From: a virus
Lineage: Duplodnaviria; Heunggongvirae; Uroviricota; Caudoviricetes
IMG/VR virus record: IMGVR_UViG_3300032167_007646
Direction: 5' to 3' (one strand)
DNA: 39,695 nucleotides
Shown: one piece after another, positions 9,524-18,780 of the stretch
How the letters are laid out: every line of letters begins with the position of its first letter
Position numbering within the stretch: position 1 is the first letter of the stretch
Notes under the pieces: generated by a model
The model's input: the letters and a program-made list of their open reading frames with translations, nothing else
The model's database searches: none
Told to the model about the DNA's origin: nothing
Translations under genes and position numbers: made by a program

Positions 9524-10312
9524 TTACTTAAATAAGTTTCTACATCCACCTTTATAGAAAAAATTAAAGAACTTTTCATTATCATATTCTATAACTTCAT
9601 TAACTTTATCTATATTTAACTTACCTTCCATAAAATTATTTTTTGCCATATAACCACCACGATACTCAAAATTAATACCGTCATATTCCTCTGGTACAAG
9701 GTATAATTCCAAACTTGAATCACCTATTACTTGATTTACCTTACCTAATTTATTAAATCTTTCAGAAAGTCTTTCAAGAACTTCAAACTCTTCATCATTA
9801 GGATAATCAAAATAAAATCTCCAACTTTCTCTTTCCCAACCATTAATTTCAACTATCTTTGCAAGAGGTCTTTTCATTTTTTCCGCACAATATTTATTAA
9901 AATCTGCATCCAAAGACATTTTATTTTCTACTTCCCAATGAAAAACTTTACTACTATCAGAATTAACTATACAACCATCTATTACTAAATCACTCAAAAT
10001 ACGATTTATTGCATAAGCATTCTTAAAGTCCTCTACTGTATCAGGAATAGCAGAAATCTTTTTATTCTGACTCTCAACATTCTTTGCAAATTTAGTTTTT
10101 AACAAACGCTCACGAATATGAGACATATTATTTACAAACTTCTGCATATCATAAGAAATATCATACACTACATACTGATTTCCCCAAATAGGTGAACCCT
10201 GCATATAGCTACCTATACACAAATCTATTTCTTCTTCTAAAATCTTTCTATAAGGCTTCTTATTTGCATAATATTCATAAGAAGTTATATCTACAACCTT
10301 ATTATCTGGCAT
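9524..10312 (-). CDS. hypothetical protein
   Basis: 262 aa ORF, AGGAGG RBS. Confidence 0.75.
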   Translation of the reverse strand: MPDNKVVDITSYEYYANKKPYRKILEEEIDLCIGSYMQGSPIWGNQYVVYDISYDMQKFVNNMSHIRERLLKTKFAKNVESQNKKISAIPDTVEDFKNAYAINRILSDLVIDGCIVNSDSSKVFHWEVENKMSLDADFNKYCAEKMKRPLAKIVEINGWERESWRFYFDYPNDEEFEVLERLSERFNKLGKVNQVIGDSSLELYLVPEEYDGINFEYRGGYMAKNNFMEGKLNIDKVNEVIEYDNEKFFNFFYKGGCRNLFK

Positions 10313-10314
10313 TA

Positions 10315-10473
10315 TTACTTTTCCTCCTTAACTACTTCTGTTTTATTACTATAAGTACAAGTTTGTTGAGCATCACTATACCCACAAGTACAGTAATAAA
10401 CAAGTCTATAATCACCTGCTACTACTTCAATTTTATTATTCATATAACAACCACAATTAGGACATTGTTTCAT
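10315..10473 (-). CDS. 52-aa zinc-ribbon protein (missed by ORF track)
   Basis: AGGAGTG RBS; MKQCPNCGCYMNNKIEVVAGDYRLVYYCTCGYSDAQQTCTYSNKTEVVKEEK; fills the gap exactly. Confidence 0.75.
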   Translation of the reverse strand: MKQCPNCGCYMNNKIEVVAGDYRLVYYCTCGYSDAQQTCTYSNKTEVVKEEK

Positions 10474-10483
10474 ATTTTCACTC

Positions 10484-10720
10484 CTAACTCATAATCTCAC
10501 AACAGAAATTATAACACTCATTAAGAGAATTAAATTTCTTAACATTTGACTTTTTACCAAAAAGCATAATAGAAATATCTGTCATATCATTTTCCATATC
10601 AGAAAAAACACCATTTTCATAATCATCTGTAAAAAGATAAATATACAAATATTCTACACAAGAAGGGGCACCATACATCTTATACTTCAAAACTAAATCA
10701 AAATTATTAGGCATTTTCAT
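10484..10720 (-). CDS. hypothetical protein
   Basis: AAGGAG RBS; start could be 10714. Confidence 0.65.
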   Translation of the reverse strand: MKMPNNFDLVLKYKMYGAPSCVEYLYIYLFTDDYENGVFSDMENDMTDISIMLFGKKSNVKKFNSLNECYNFCCEIMS

Positions 10721-11105
10721 CACTCTCCTTAAACTCCACTACTTTTCTATACCCTGCATTATAAAGATTTATAGCAGTCCAATAAGTATCTATTTTATTA
10801 TCACCATACTCTATTGCTGCCCATTCATCATAAGATAAAATATTATCACATAAATCTTTTTCAATAGCAGAAATTGTTTTTCTATATTCTTTTAACTCAT
10901 CATCTTCCATATCACATTCATAGCGTTTCTCTTGTTCTACTTCAATAACTTCTACAACAGTATGAATGAATAAATTTTTATTTACTTCTGACTCATTTAA
11001 TTCATTTGCTCTTTCAAGTGCTTTAATCTTATCTGTAAAAATAATATTACCAAATTCTACAACACCTGATTTAATATTTCTTTTCTTGATTATAAAATTA
11101 CTCAT
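10707..11105 (-). CDS. hypothetical protein
   Basis: AAGGAG RBS; ends with A..LYNAGYRK motif often seen in small phage proteins. Confidence 0.7.
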   Translation of the reverse strand: MSNFIIKKRNIKSGVVEFGNIIFTDKIKALERANELNESEVNKNLFIHTVVEVIEVEQEKRYECDMEDDELKEYRKTISAIEKDLCDNILSYDEWAAIEYGDNKIDTYWTAINLYNAGYRKVVEFKESDENA

Positions 11106-11116
11106 AAAATAACTCC

Positions 11117-11269
11117 TTAATTAAAATCAAACAATTCGTGTTCTGCACCACAATATATAAATTCTTCTTTATCAATATTGAGTGTTTTCTTTATATATTC
11201 TTCAACCTCTACTTCTGACAAGCCATCTGGTACTTTAATAATTTGCTGAATAGCTACTTTATACTCCAT
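11117..11269 (-). CDS. 50-aa hypothetical protein (missed by ORF track)
   Basis: TAATG overlap with kptA stop; MEYKVAIQQIIKVPDGLSEVEVEEYIKKTLNIDKEEFIYCGAEHELFDFN. Confidence 0.7.
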   Translation of the reverse strand: MEYKVAIQQIIKVPDGLSEVEVEEYIKKTLNIDKEEFIYCGAEHELFDFN

Positions 11270-11829
11270 TACCTAATCACCCTTATATATTTTTTATCAA
11301 CAAAATTTGTAAGCCATACATTATTTTCAGATAAATAAAATTCCACACCATCTTTATTCATTTGTTCTGAATTAACCTCAAAAACTTTTGGATAACCATG
11401 TCTTGAACCTACATTTATAGCAGTTTCAATATCACTACTCAAATGAACGTGTTGTCTTTTTCCTGCTAAAATACCTTTTTCTAAAATACTTTTTACAAAT
11501 TTCTGTCCTGTTCCGTGATAAAGTATTTCAGGGGGCATAACAGGTTTAAATTTCATATCTACATCTTTTAATGTATGTCCTTGATTTGCTCTAATAAACA
11601 AACCACAATTATTTTCCCTTATTGCAAATCTCTGTTTATTATTATCTCTAACAATCTCCAAAATCATATCCAAAGTTACTTTATCTACACGAGTTGTATT
11701 TATCTTTTCAATAAGTTCATCTACCTTAACCCAACCCTGTTTATCCATTTTCAATTTAAGAGTTTCAGGATGATGTCTTAAAAGATAACTCAAATATTTA
11801 GACAACCCTTGTAATTCTGGCCTTAACAT
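11269..11829 (-). CDS. kptA: RNA 2'-phosphotransferase (KptA/Tpt1)
   Basis: LSKYLSYLLRH, KQRF, IRANQGH, LYHGT, RQHVHLS, VGSRHG, NNVWLT. Confidence 0.95.
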   Translation of the reverse strand: MLRPELQGLSKYLSYLLRHHPETLKLKMDKQGWVKVDELIEKINTTRVDKVTLDMILEIVRDNNKQRFAIRENNCGLFIRANQGHTLKDVDMKFKPVMPPEILYHGTGQKFVKSILEKGILAGKRQHVHLSSDIETAINVGSRHGYPKVFEVNSEQMNKDGVEFYLSENNVWLTNFVDKKYIRVIR

Positions 11830-11863
11830 TTACATATACACTCCTATTATTTTTCTTATAATT

Positions 11864-11892
11864 ATTATAACACAAATATTCCTTTTTGTCAA
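11864..11892 (-). promoter_or_regulatory. sigma-A consensus promoter driving kptA unit
   Basis: TTGACA-17bp-TATAAT with TG extension. Confidence 0.85.
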
Positions 11893-11911
11893 CACTTATT
11901 TTAAAAAAGTA

Positions 11912-11937
11912 ATAGTGTTGCACAAGTACAACACTAT
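11912..11937 (-). terminator. intrinsic terminator
   Basis: ATAGTGTTG/CAACACTAT inverted repeat with nearby A-run. Confidence 0.7.
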
Positions 11938-11942
11938 ACAAA

Positions 11943-12542
11943 TTAAATATTTTCAACTGTCATTAAATTACTTACAGTAAAACCCCTATCTTTATAAGTC
12001 TCACCATTCCAATCAAAAATAACAAGAATATCAGAACAATCATTATCAATAGTCATAACATATACTTTTGCATCTTTTTTTAAATATTTTGCATACTCAT
12101 TTCTAAGCATTATACTATTTTCAAAACCTTCAAAATATATTCTTGACTCTAAAAACTTTTTCTTAATTCTTTTTACTCTTGTTAAAGTTAAATTCCAATG
12201 ATTATCCTCATACTTTTTAAGTTTTTCTATACATTGTTTTTCCCTCTTTTTTGAAAAAGCAGATATTACAAAAAAGATAATAGGTGCTACAATCAAACAG
12301 AAAAAATTATAGAAAAAATAATCTACTTCTGAAACATAATTTAATGATTGAATAAAAACAGCAACACCACTAAACAATGCCACAAAGAACAATGCCTTAT
12401 ATAAAACACTTATAAACTTTAAGTAGTCAAATGAAGTCTCTACTTCACGACCAACTACACTATCATTCAAATAATAAAGACTACCTTTATTCAAAGGTTG
12501 TTTAATTGAAACAAATCTAAAAGTATCTCTAAACTTTTTCAT
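11943..12542 (-). CDS. membrane protein (2 TM)
   Basis: two hydrophobic segments in the N-terminal half. Confidence 0.65.
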   Translation of the reverse strand: MKKFRDTFRFVSIKQPLNKGSLYYLNDSVVGREVETSFDYLKFISVLYKALFFVALFSGVAVFIQSLNYVSEVDYFFYNFFCLIVAPIIFFVISAFSKKREKQCIEKLKKYEDNHWNLTLTRVKRIKKKFLESRIYFEGFENSIMLRNEYAKYLKKDAKVYVMTIDNDCSDILVIFDWNGETYKDRGFTVSNLMTVENI

Positions 12543-12549
12543 ACTATCC

Positions 12550-13266
12550 TTAACCTTTCATTTGAGAACGTAATCTCTTTTCAGTTTCTTTATACTTCTT
12601 TGTTCTTGGTACTATACACTGAATGTAAAAAGCATAAGGAGAAAGTGGAATTCTCTTAAACCAATCAGAAGTATAACTCATATCATCTTTATCTTTTCTA
12701 CTGAACTTCATAATATGTAAATTTAAGCCTTTAAGTCCTGTATCAAAAAGATTACAACATTCCAAAGAAATATTGAAAGAATGCTTTTTGCCATACCACT
12801 TTTTCTTCCATATTTCCCAGTCATACTTACCTTTTCTTCTTTCTCTACGAGCCTCTTGTTCAATCATATCAGCCTGCAATTTTTCAAGTGCCTCAATTTC
12901 TGCTCGTTTAGACACATCTCTCTCTATTTCCTCTTTAGTCCAATAATCAAAATGTGTTTTATAATCTCCACAAGTAGGACATCTCAAATTAGGGTCATAA
13001 TCTTCATCTTCTCTTGCAAAAATAACTGTTCCACATTGTTTACAACGAACTACATCTAAAAGAGAAACATGCTCATAATATACACACTCAAAATCACAAT
13101 GCAATTTTTCACGCATAAACTGTGTATATGTTTCTATAGTACACAATTCTTCTCCTGTTTCTACATTGATTATATTTTCTTTCTTTTCATCAAGCTGAAG
13201 TTCTGTCTTTTTACCCTCTTTTGCTGCTTTTTCAAATGACTTAATAATATCATACTTTGAAATCAT
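12550..13266 (-). CDS. zinc-ribbon-containing hypothetical protein
   Basis: RCKQCG...RCPTCG; GGAGG RBS. Confidence 0.75.
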   Translation of the reverse strand: MISKYDIIKSFEKAAKEGKKTELQLDEKKENIINVETGEELCTIETYTQFMREKLHCDFECVYYEHVSLLDVVRCKQCGTVIFAREDEDYDPNLRCPTCGDYKTHFDYWTKEEIERDVSKRAEIEALEKLQADMIEQEARRERRKGKYDWEIWKKKWYGKKHSFNISLECCNLFDTGLKGLNLHIMKFSRKDKDDMSYTSDWFKRIPLSPYAFYIQCIVPRTKKYKETEKRLRSQMKG

Positions 13267-13285
13267 AATTATCCTCCAAAACTAT

Positions 13286-13915
13286 TTAACAATTTGACTC
13301 ATAATTATTAGTTCTTAACTTATTTATAAATTCTGTTGAAAGATATTCCTGATACTCTGGACAAGCATATAATAAATCATATACTGCTTCTGTATCTTTA
13401 TGCAATTCCACCTTTTCTTTGGCCAACTTAGCAGTCAAAGGCATTTCACAAACAGTCAAAATAAAACAAATACCTAATGAAGCTAAACCATAACCAACAA
13501 CACCTATATAAAGTAAAACTGCAGCTGTCATACTAAAGAAAAGAATAATTAAAAGCATTACACCATAAATTAAACTGTCCTTATAGAGTGTATTTTTATT
13601 TTCCTTAAACTTCAATTTAAACATCTTTGCATCTCTTGACAAGTCTGAATTAATATTATTTAGCACTCTAAATTTCTCAATTATTGACATATAATTACAA
13701 ATACTACAAAGAACAAATAAAATAACAGTTACAAAAGGAAAAGTCGAAATACTTTCAGTTCCTTGTATAAAACTGCTACCCCACTCTGTCAGTCTAAAAA
13801 CTGAAACAAAACAAAATACCAACCAAATAATAGGATTTACAATACTTAAAAACTTCATAAATCCTCTTTTCTCAAGTCGTACACTAATAGGTACCATTAA
13901 ATCTCCATCAAACAT
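13286..13915 (-). CDS. membrane protein (about 4 TM)
   Basis: AGGAGG RBS before ATG 13915; four hydrophobic segments. Confidence 0.7.
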   Translation of the reverse strand: MFDGDLMVPISVRLEKRGFMKFLSIVNPIIWLVFCFVSVFRLTEWGSSFIQGTESISTFPFVTVILFVLCSICNYMSIIEKFRVLNNINSDLSRDAKMFKLKFKENKNTLYKDSLIYGVMLLIILFFSMTAAVLLYIGVVGYGLASLGICFILTVCEMPLTAKLAKEKVELHKDTEAVYDLLYACPEYQEYLSTEFINKLRTNNYESNC

Positions 13916-13938
13916 AATTCTTATCCTCCTAAACCTTT

Positions 13939-14289
13939 TTAATCTACTGTAATTATTTTTTCTTTTATTTTCAAGTATGCACACTCTATAAACCCGTCTG
14001 TTCGAGTGCATATACCATTATTTTTATAATCACACTTAAATTTACTATCTTTGCAAGTACACTTTTGAATAGGTAAAATATCTACCTTACTAGGTACTTT
14101 ATCTACATACTGCCAAACAACAGGTGTAGAAAATACTAAAACAGCACCATCTTCTACAAAGTTTCTTCCATCAAACCTACCTACAAAATACCTTACGCCA
14201 GTCCAAACAAGAATATCTCTATCTATATATTTAGGAAAAGTATTCTTTTTTCCATAGACATAAGGTTTCCAATTTTTATTTTCCACCAA
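13939..14289 (-). CDS. hypothetical protein, DUF551-like N-terminus plus Cys-rich tail
   Basis: NWK...FP...VVWQYVDKVP then a Cys cluster; paralogous to next gene. Confidence 0.65.
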   Translation of the reverse strand: MVENKNWKPYVYGKKNTFPKYIDRDILVWTGVRYFVGRFDGRNFVEDGAVLVFSTPVVWQYVDKVPSKVDILPIQKCTCKDSKFKCDYKNNGICTRTDGFIECAYLKIKEKIITVD

Positions 14290-14302
14290 CTATAACACCA
14301 CC

Positions 14303-14704
14303 TTATTTGTTGTATGCCCAATATTTTGTAACATAACGAATATGCTTACATTTCTTTGGACCAAACTCTGCAAGACAATATCCATCATCAGCATACTCAC
14401 ATCTATTTTTCCAATAATCATCTTCAGATTTTCCACACATTTTACAGCGTCTAATTTCGACATGATTTGGTAGTGTATCAACCCAATTCCAGAATACCGT
14501 TGCTAATTGACAACCTGAATTATCATTAAATAAAATAGGTTCTCCATTAACATCAATAAATCCCAAACTTGTAAAATATCCTAAAATGTGCTTATAAGTG
14601 GTACAACCATCTGTTAAATAAAAATGTATAAGCCTATTTTTTATAGTTGGGTATGTACTTTTATCTTTTAAAGCTAAAACTTTCCAATTTACATTTAAAT
14701 CCAT
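14303..14704 (-). CDS. hypothetical protein, DUF551-like N-terminus plus Cys-rich tail
   Basis: GAGGTG RBS; NWK...YP...VFWNWVDTLP then a Cys cluster; the track start overlaps the promoter. Confidence 0.65.
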   Translation of the reverse strand: MDLNVNWKVLALKDKSTYPTIKNRLIHFYLTDGCTTYKHILGYFTSLGFIDVNGEPILFNDNSGCQLATVFWNWVDTLPNHVEIRRCKMCGKSEDDYWKNRCEYADDGYCLAEFGPKKCKHIRYVTKYWAYNK

Positions 14705-14728
14705 AAAGTAAGCACCTCTTTTATTTGT

Positions 14729-14757
14729 ATTATAACACATATTTATCTTTTTGTCAA
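14729..14757 (-). promoter_or_regulatory. sigma-A consensus promoter
   Basis: TTGACA-17bp-TATAAT with TG. Confidence 0.85.
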
Positions 14758-14765
14758 CATTATTT

Positions 14766-15872
14766 TTATACTTTTAAATATTTTTCCAATATAGCAAAAC
14801 TTCTTGATAACCCTTCTATATTATCATTTTCCCTATATGAATAGTAATATGCTACTAGCTCACCCCAAAATTCATATACATCTGTTTTACAATATTTATC
14901 ACCTGTTAATTTATACAATTCTTCTACTTCTATACCTTCATTAAATATATTCTCCAATTCCTCTATATCTTCTTCAGATAATATTTCAAAATGAATATAA
15001 TGACCTATTTCATGAATTACAGTACCTACACTTGAAAATAATACATTAGAATACTGATTATTTGTAAATATTTTTATACTTTTTTCACTCACACAATATA
15101 ACCCTACATAATGATGTTCTATAATCTCATCAGTAATTATAATTTCACAATCATTCTCTACAATACTATCTATAATATAATCAGGAAATTTAGAAAAAGC
15201 ATTACATACATCTTCTAAATACGATTTAGCATATTTACCCTCATATAATATAGTAACTCCCTTTAAAACATCAGGTTTAGGAACCTCCCAATTATCTACT
15301 TTTAAAGCTCTTTCTATTATACACACTGCTTCTGCTCTTGTTATAGGTTCATCAGGATTTATATAATTTTCATTTCCAAAAATAATACCTAATTGATAAG
15401 CATTTTGAATATACCCATCATAAAAATATATAGTACTTTTAGGCATATCTAAAAATGGGTTATCCTCATAATAATGATACTGAACAGTTTCTTCAATGCC
15501 AAATAAAAACAAAACATTTCTTATAACTTCTTTTCTCAAAATTTTATCTTCAAAACCAAATGTTTCAATACTAGAATCACCATTAAATCTTAAAAATCTT
15601 GCATACTTAAAAGCCCAATGAGAAGCATTATCTTTATCTTCTACTTTTTCACCTTTTGCCTCCACCAACATCTTATAAAATTCACCACGAGATACAATAT
15701 CATTTGGTCTAAAAGTCCCATCCTCATAGCCATTTATATACCCCTTATTGACTGCACTACAAACATCATTATAAAACCAATTATTACTATTTACATCTGA
15801 AAATTCTGCACCATATACTTGACAAGTAAATAATAATATACTAAAAACTAATAACACAAAAAACTTCTTCAT
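14766..15872 (-). CDS. secreted S-layer homology (SLH) domain protein with C-terminal zincin metallopeptidase
   Basis: signal peptide; FSDV...W...GYINGYEDGTFRPND.VSRGE and P.EPITRAEA SLH motifs; HEIGH with downstream YEFWGE. Confidence 0.88.
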   Translation of the reverse strand: MKKFFVLLVFSILLFTCQVYGAEFSDVNSNNWFYNDVCSAVNKGYINGYEDGTFRPNDIVSRGEFYKMLVEAKGEKVEDKDNASHWAFKYARFLRFNGDSSIETFGFEDKILRKEVIRNVLFLFGIEETVQYHYYEDNPFLDMPKSTIYFYDGYIQNAYQLGIIFGNENYINPDEPITRAEAVCIIERALKVDNWEVPKPDVLKGVTILYEGKYAKSYLEDVCNAFSKFPDYIIDSIVENDCEIIITDEIIEHHYVGLYCVSEKSIKIFTNNQYSNVLFSSVGTVIHEIGHYIHFEILSEEDIEELENIFNEGIEVEELYKLTGDKYCKTDVYEFWGELVAYYYSYRENDNIEGLSRSFAILEKYLKV

Positions 15873-15906
15873 TTAACAATAAACTCCTTTCAAATAACAA
15901 AATAAA

Positions 15907-15953
15907 AAGAGTTGAAGAGTAATCAAATTTAATCAATTACTCTAACAACTCTT
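15907..15953 (-). terminator. long imperfect hairpin, likely terminator of rnz
   Basis: AAGAGTTG..GAGTAAT / ATTACTC..CAACTCTT with adjacent A-run. Confidence 0.6.
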
Positions 15954-15967
15954 CAAATAACTAAAAA

Positions 15968-17164
15968 CTAACTTAACTTAAACAATTTACTTTCATACAA
16001 ATTAAAACCATTCTTTAATACTGTATGATTATCATATGAATACTTCATACTTTGAGGTGATTTATACAGAAATACAAAATTAGCCATATTATCCTTTAAT
16101 ACAACTTCATATTTAAATTTTGTAATAGGATTTATTTTCAAAATATTATCATATCCAAACTTAATAAAATAATAATCTTTTATCCATTTCATTCTTTCTG
16201 TAATAATTTTTTCTATTATACTATCTTCTGCAATACCTTCTATTTCATCTGAAGGATAATCTAAATGGTATCTATAACCATCTATACCTATAACACCATT
16301 TGGATATTGCTCTTGTAAAATCTTATTTGTACCCTCTGGTATTTGTAAACTTGGACTAAAATGAGTTAAAATAAACTTGCCAACATTATTACCTTTAACT
16401 AAACCAATACTTTCAGACCAAATCATATGCCTCTTTCTAACAGCCTTTTCCTTTTCACTATCATCCATATACATACCCTCTATAACTGCTAAATCTGAAT
16501 TCTCTACAAATTTACGCAATCTCATATTTGGTCGTGTATCAGTTACTATACTAAACTTACAACCTTTTGGGGCTGGTAACAGAAAATCCTTTGAATAATA
16601 AGTTTTACCATTATAGACAACATCTTCACCATTAACTAAATTACTTCTAAATCTCATAGGTAATTCTTTTAATTCTTCTTTTTCAACATTAAATTTCTTT
16701 TTTCTTTTCAATTCTATACTATAAGCATAACAATATATACTATGTTCACATGTTGTCATATTTAAAATTATGTCTGACATTTTACTTTTTATAGTTAAAG
16801 TTTCTGGTTTTTCTTTTTCAATTATATTAAACTTAAACTCTAAACCCTTTATTAACATAGAAAAACCTGAAATATAACGAGATAAACCCCTAGGTCCTAT
16901 AATATTCAATTCCCTCGTTCTACCTTGCATTTGCATAGCTAACATTACACCCATTAAACCGCTAATGTGGTCTGCATGTAAATGAGTAATCAATATATAA
17001 TCAATATCACAAGTGCTTATTTTATTCCTCATTAATTCTACTTGAGTACCCTCACCACAATCTATTAAAAAAGATTTTTCACCTACTCTTACAAAACAAG
17101 AAGATAAAGCACGAATTGGCATAGGACACATACCACTTGTACCTAATAAAACAAAATCAAGCAT
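15968..17164 (-). CDS. rnz: ribonuclease Z (tRNA 3' endonuclease) with C-terminal extension
   Basis: LGTSG..P...R, LIDCGEGTQ, THLHADHISG, flexible-arm region, TDTRP, EGMY, LTHFSP; about 95 extra C-terminal aa. Confidence 0.88.
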   Translation of the reverse strand: MLDFVLLGTSGMCPMPIRALSSCFVRVGEKSFLIDCGEGTQVELMRNKISTCDIDYILITHLHADHISGLMGVMLAMQMQGRTRELNIIGPRGLSRYISGFSMLIKGLEFKFNIIEKEKPETLTIKSKMSDIILNMTTCEHSIYCYAYSIELKRKKKFNVEKEELKELPMRFRSNLVNGEDVVYNGKTYYSKDFLLPAPKGCKFSIVTDTRPNMRLRKFVENSDLAVIEGMYMDDSEKEKAVRKRHMIWSESIGLVKGNNVGKFILTHFSPSLQIPEGTNKILQEQYPNGVIGIDGYRYHLDYPSDEIEGIAEDSIIEKIITERMKWIKDYYFIKFGYDNILKINPITKFKYEVVLKDNMANFVFLYKSPQSMKYSYDNHTVLKNGFNLYESKLFKLS

Positions 17165-17197
17165 AAATATCACCCCTTTATATAATAAATTTAGATT

Positions 17198-17208
17198 TTT
17201 ATGTCCAA
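17198..17208 (-). promoter_or_regulatory. repeated intergenic motif TTGGACATAAA (copy 2) upstream of rnz
   Basis: exact repeat about 35 bp upstream of the start codon. Confidence 0.45.
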
Positions 17209-17230
17209 AAATTACTGTAGTTATTTATTA

Positions 17231-17842
17231 TTACCAGGGAATAAATGTCATTAACTTATCTAAACCAAAACAAAACAATAACAACTGCCAGGGCTTAAAT
17301 AAAATAATTAACTTACAATACTCCTTAAAAGACATCTTTGTTGTACCTGCTATATAACAAAGAACATTATCTGGTGCAAAAGGTAAAAAAATCATTAAAC
17401 AAAACAATCTCTTAAATCTTTTATAATTCTTTTCATTATTTAAAAAATCTCTATACTTATTTAATTTATCTTCTGGTACAAATGATTCTAAAAATTTATT
17501 ACCCCACTTTTTTACGCAATAATAAATAATAAGAGAACCTAAAACAATACAAATAACATTTAACAATAAACTCATCCAAGGACCAAATAATAAAGTTCCT
17601 ACAGCATAACCTAACCCTGAAGGTAAAACTATTATTAATACAGTCAATGTTTGTAAAAATATAAATAGTAAAGGTGCAAAATTACCTGCTGATTCTATAT
17701 ATGCTTTTAACGCTTCCTCACTGCTAAATGCATCATTACTTATAGCAGAAACAATAACTAATACTATTAAACATATAAACAAAACAATACTTATCTTGTG
17801 TAAAAAATCAAAAAATTTAGATTTTTTTTCATGTTTTTTCAT
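17231..17842 (-). CDS. DedA/VTT (TVP38/SNARE-associated) membrane protein
   Basis: APLLFIFLQ...LPS...G.LLFGPW...GS...LPFAPDNVLCYIAG.TKMSF. Confidence 0.85.
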   Translation of the reverse strand: MKKHEKKSKFFDFLHKISIVLFICLIVLVIVSAISNDAFSSEEALKAYIESAGNFAPLLFIFLQTLTVLIIVLPSGLGYAVGTLLFGPWMSLLLNVICIVLGSLIIYYCVKKWGNKFLESFVPEDKLNKYRDFLNNEKNYKRFKRLFCLMIFLPFAPDNVLCYIAGTTKMSFKEYCKLIILFKPWQLLLFCFGLDKLMTFIPW

Positions 17843-18023
17843 AAAAGCACCTCAATCATTGAAATTTCAACATATTCACTAACTAAACAAAAATATTTTT
17901 TATTTTGTTGTAATATCAACAATAAAAGAGCATAAAGAATAAAAATTTTCATATTTTTTTAATCTTATTTTCTTTTTATTATAACTTAATCATTTAAAAT
18001 AAATTTAGCAATATTCAGAAGAA

Positions 18024-18051
18024 AAACAGGACATTTATAAATATCCTGTTT
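18024..18051. terminator. intrinsic terminator
   Basis: AAACAGGA/TCCTGTTT inverted repeat downstream of the 18077 gene. Confidence 0.65.
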
Positions 18052-18076
18052 ATTTATTTTCCTATATTTTTAGGAT

Positions 18077-18370
18077 TTACTCTTCATCAAAATCTTTCTC
18101 AACATATGTTAAATATATACGAGCAAAAATAACTTCATCATTTGTAGTAATAATTTTACCACCACCTAAATCCTTTTTACCCTTTTCCCAACTTCTACGA
18201 AGTTTAACTTTATAAGTAACTATATCCTCACGAGTTAATCCTTTATCTGCAATAAAATTATTTGCTTTTTCTTGAATTCTCTCTAATGAATAATACTCAA
18301 AATCAATATCATTTGTAATATGTTCAGGTTTCTTAACTTTGCTGCCAAAAATCTCAGTTGCAATTCTCAA
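18077..18370 (-). CDS. hypothetical protein
   Basis: TTG start with AGGTGG RBS. Confidence 0.6.
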   Translation of the reverse strand: MRIATEIFGSKVKKPEHITNDIDFEYYSLERIQEKANNFIADKGLTREDIVTYKVKLRRSWEKGKKDLGGGKIITTNDEVIFARIYLTYVEKDFDEE

Positions 18371-18395
18371 TCAGTTCTACCACCTTTCACCTTTT

Positions 18396-18779
18396 TTACT
18401 GAATTAAAATACCTAAATCTATCAATTTATTTATAGTTTCTAAAAACTTTTCTTGAATCTGCCAATCATAATTATTCTCTATTTCAGATTCATCAAAAAA
18501 TCTTTCAAACTTATAACTACACATACCCATATAAGTAGTAAAATTAAATCTAAACTTTCCAGCATAAGCAGGTGCGTCTTCATCATAAATACCTATCCAA
18601 TATTCTGCATCTTCAAACTTACCTACTACACCACAAATACACCAAGCTTTTATTACTTCATTTCTCCAAAATAAAGGCTCACAAATTTTACTTATATCAC
18701 CTATTTTTAATTTCTTAATCTTTGAAATAGTTAAATTATATTTGTTTTTTACCTTTGGTTTTATTTCAACCTTACCCAT
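18396..18779 (-). CDS. hypothetical protein
   Basis: AAGGAG RBS; FWRN.VI.AWCI, GMCSYKFERFF. Confidence 0.75.
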   Translation of the reverse strand: MGKVEIKPKVKNKYNLTISKIKKLKIGDISKICEPLFWRNEVIKAWCICGVVGKFEDAEYWIGIYDEDAPAYAGKFRFNFTTYMGMCSYKFERFFDESEIENNYDWQIQEKFLETINKLIDLGILIQ

Positions 18780-18780
18780 A

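Noticed and set aside
13660-13668. TTAGCACTC (CIRCE half-site)
   Set aside because: Second arm absent, lies inside a CDS and far from dnaK
14290-14481. 63-aa minus-strand ORF
   Set aside because: Nested out of frame in 14303..14704, which has an RBS, a promoter and a paralog
17843-18076. Long intergenic region as possible tRNA or riboswitch
   Set aside because: Extremely AT-rich with only short hairpins; no cloverleaf, T-loop or recognisable aptamer
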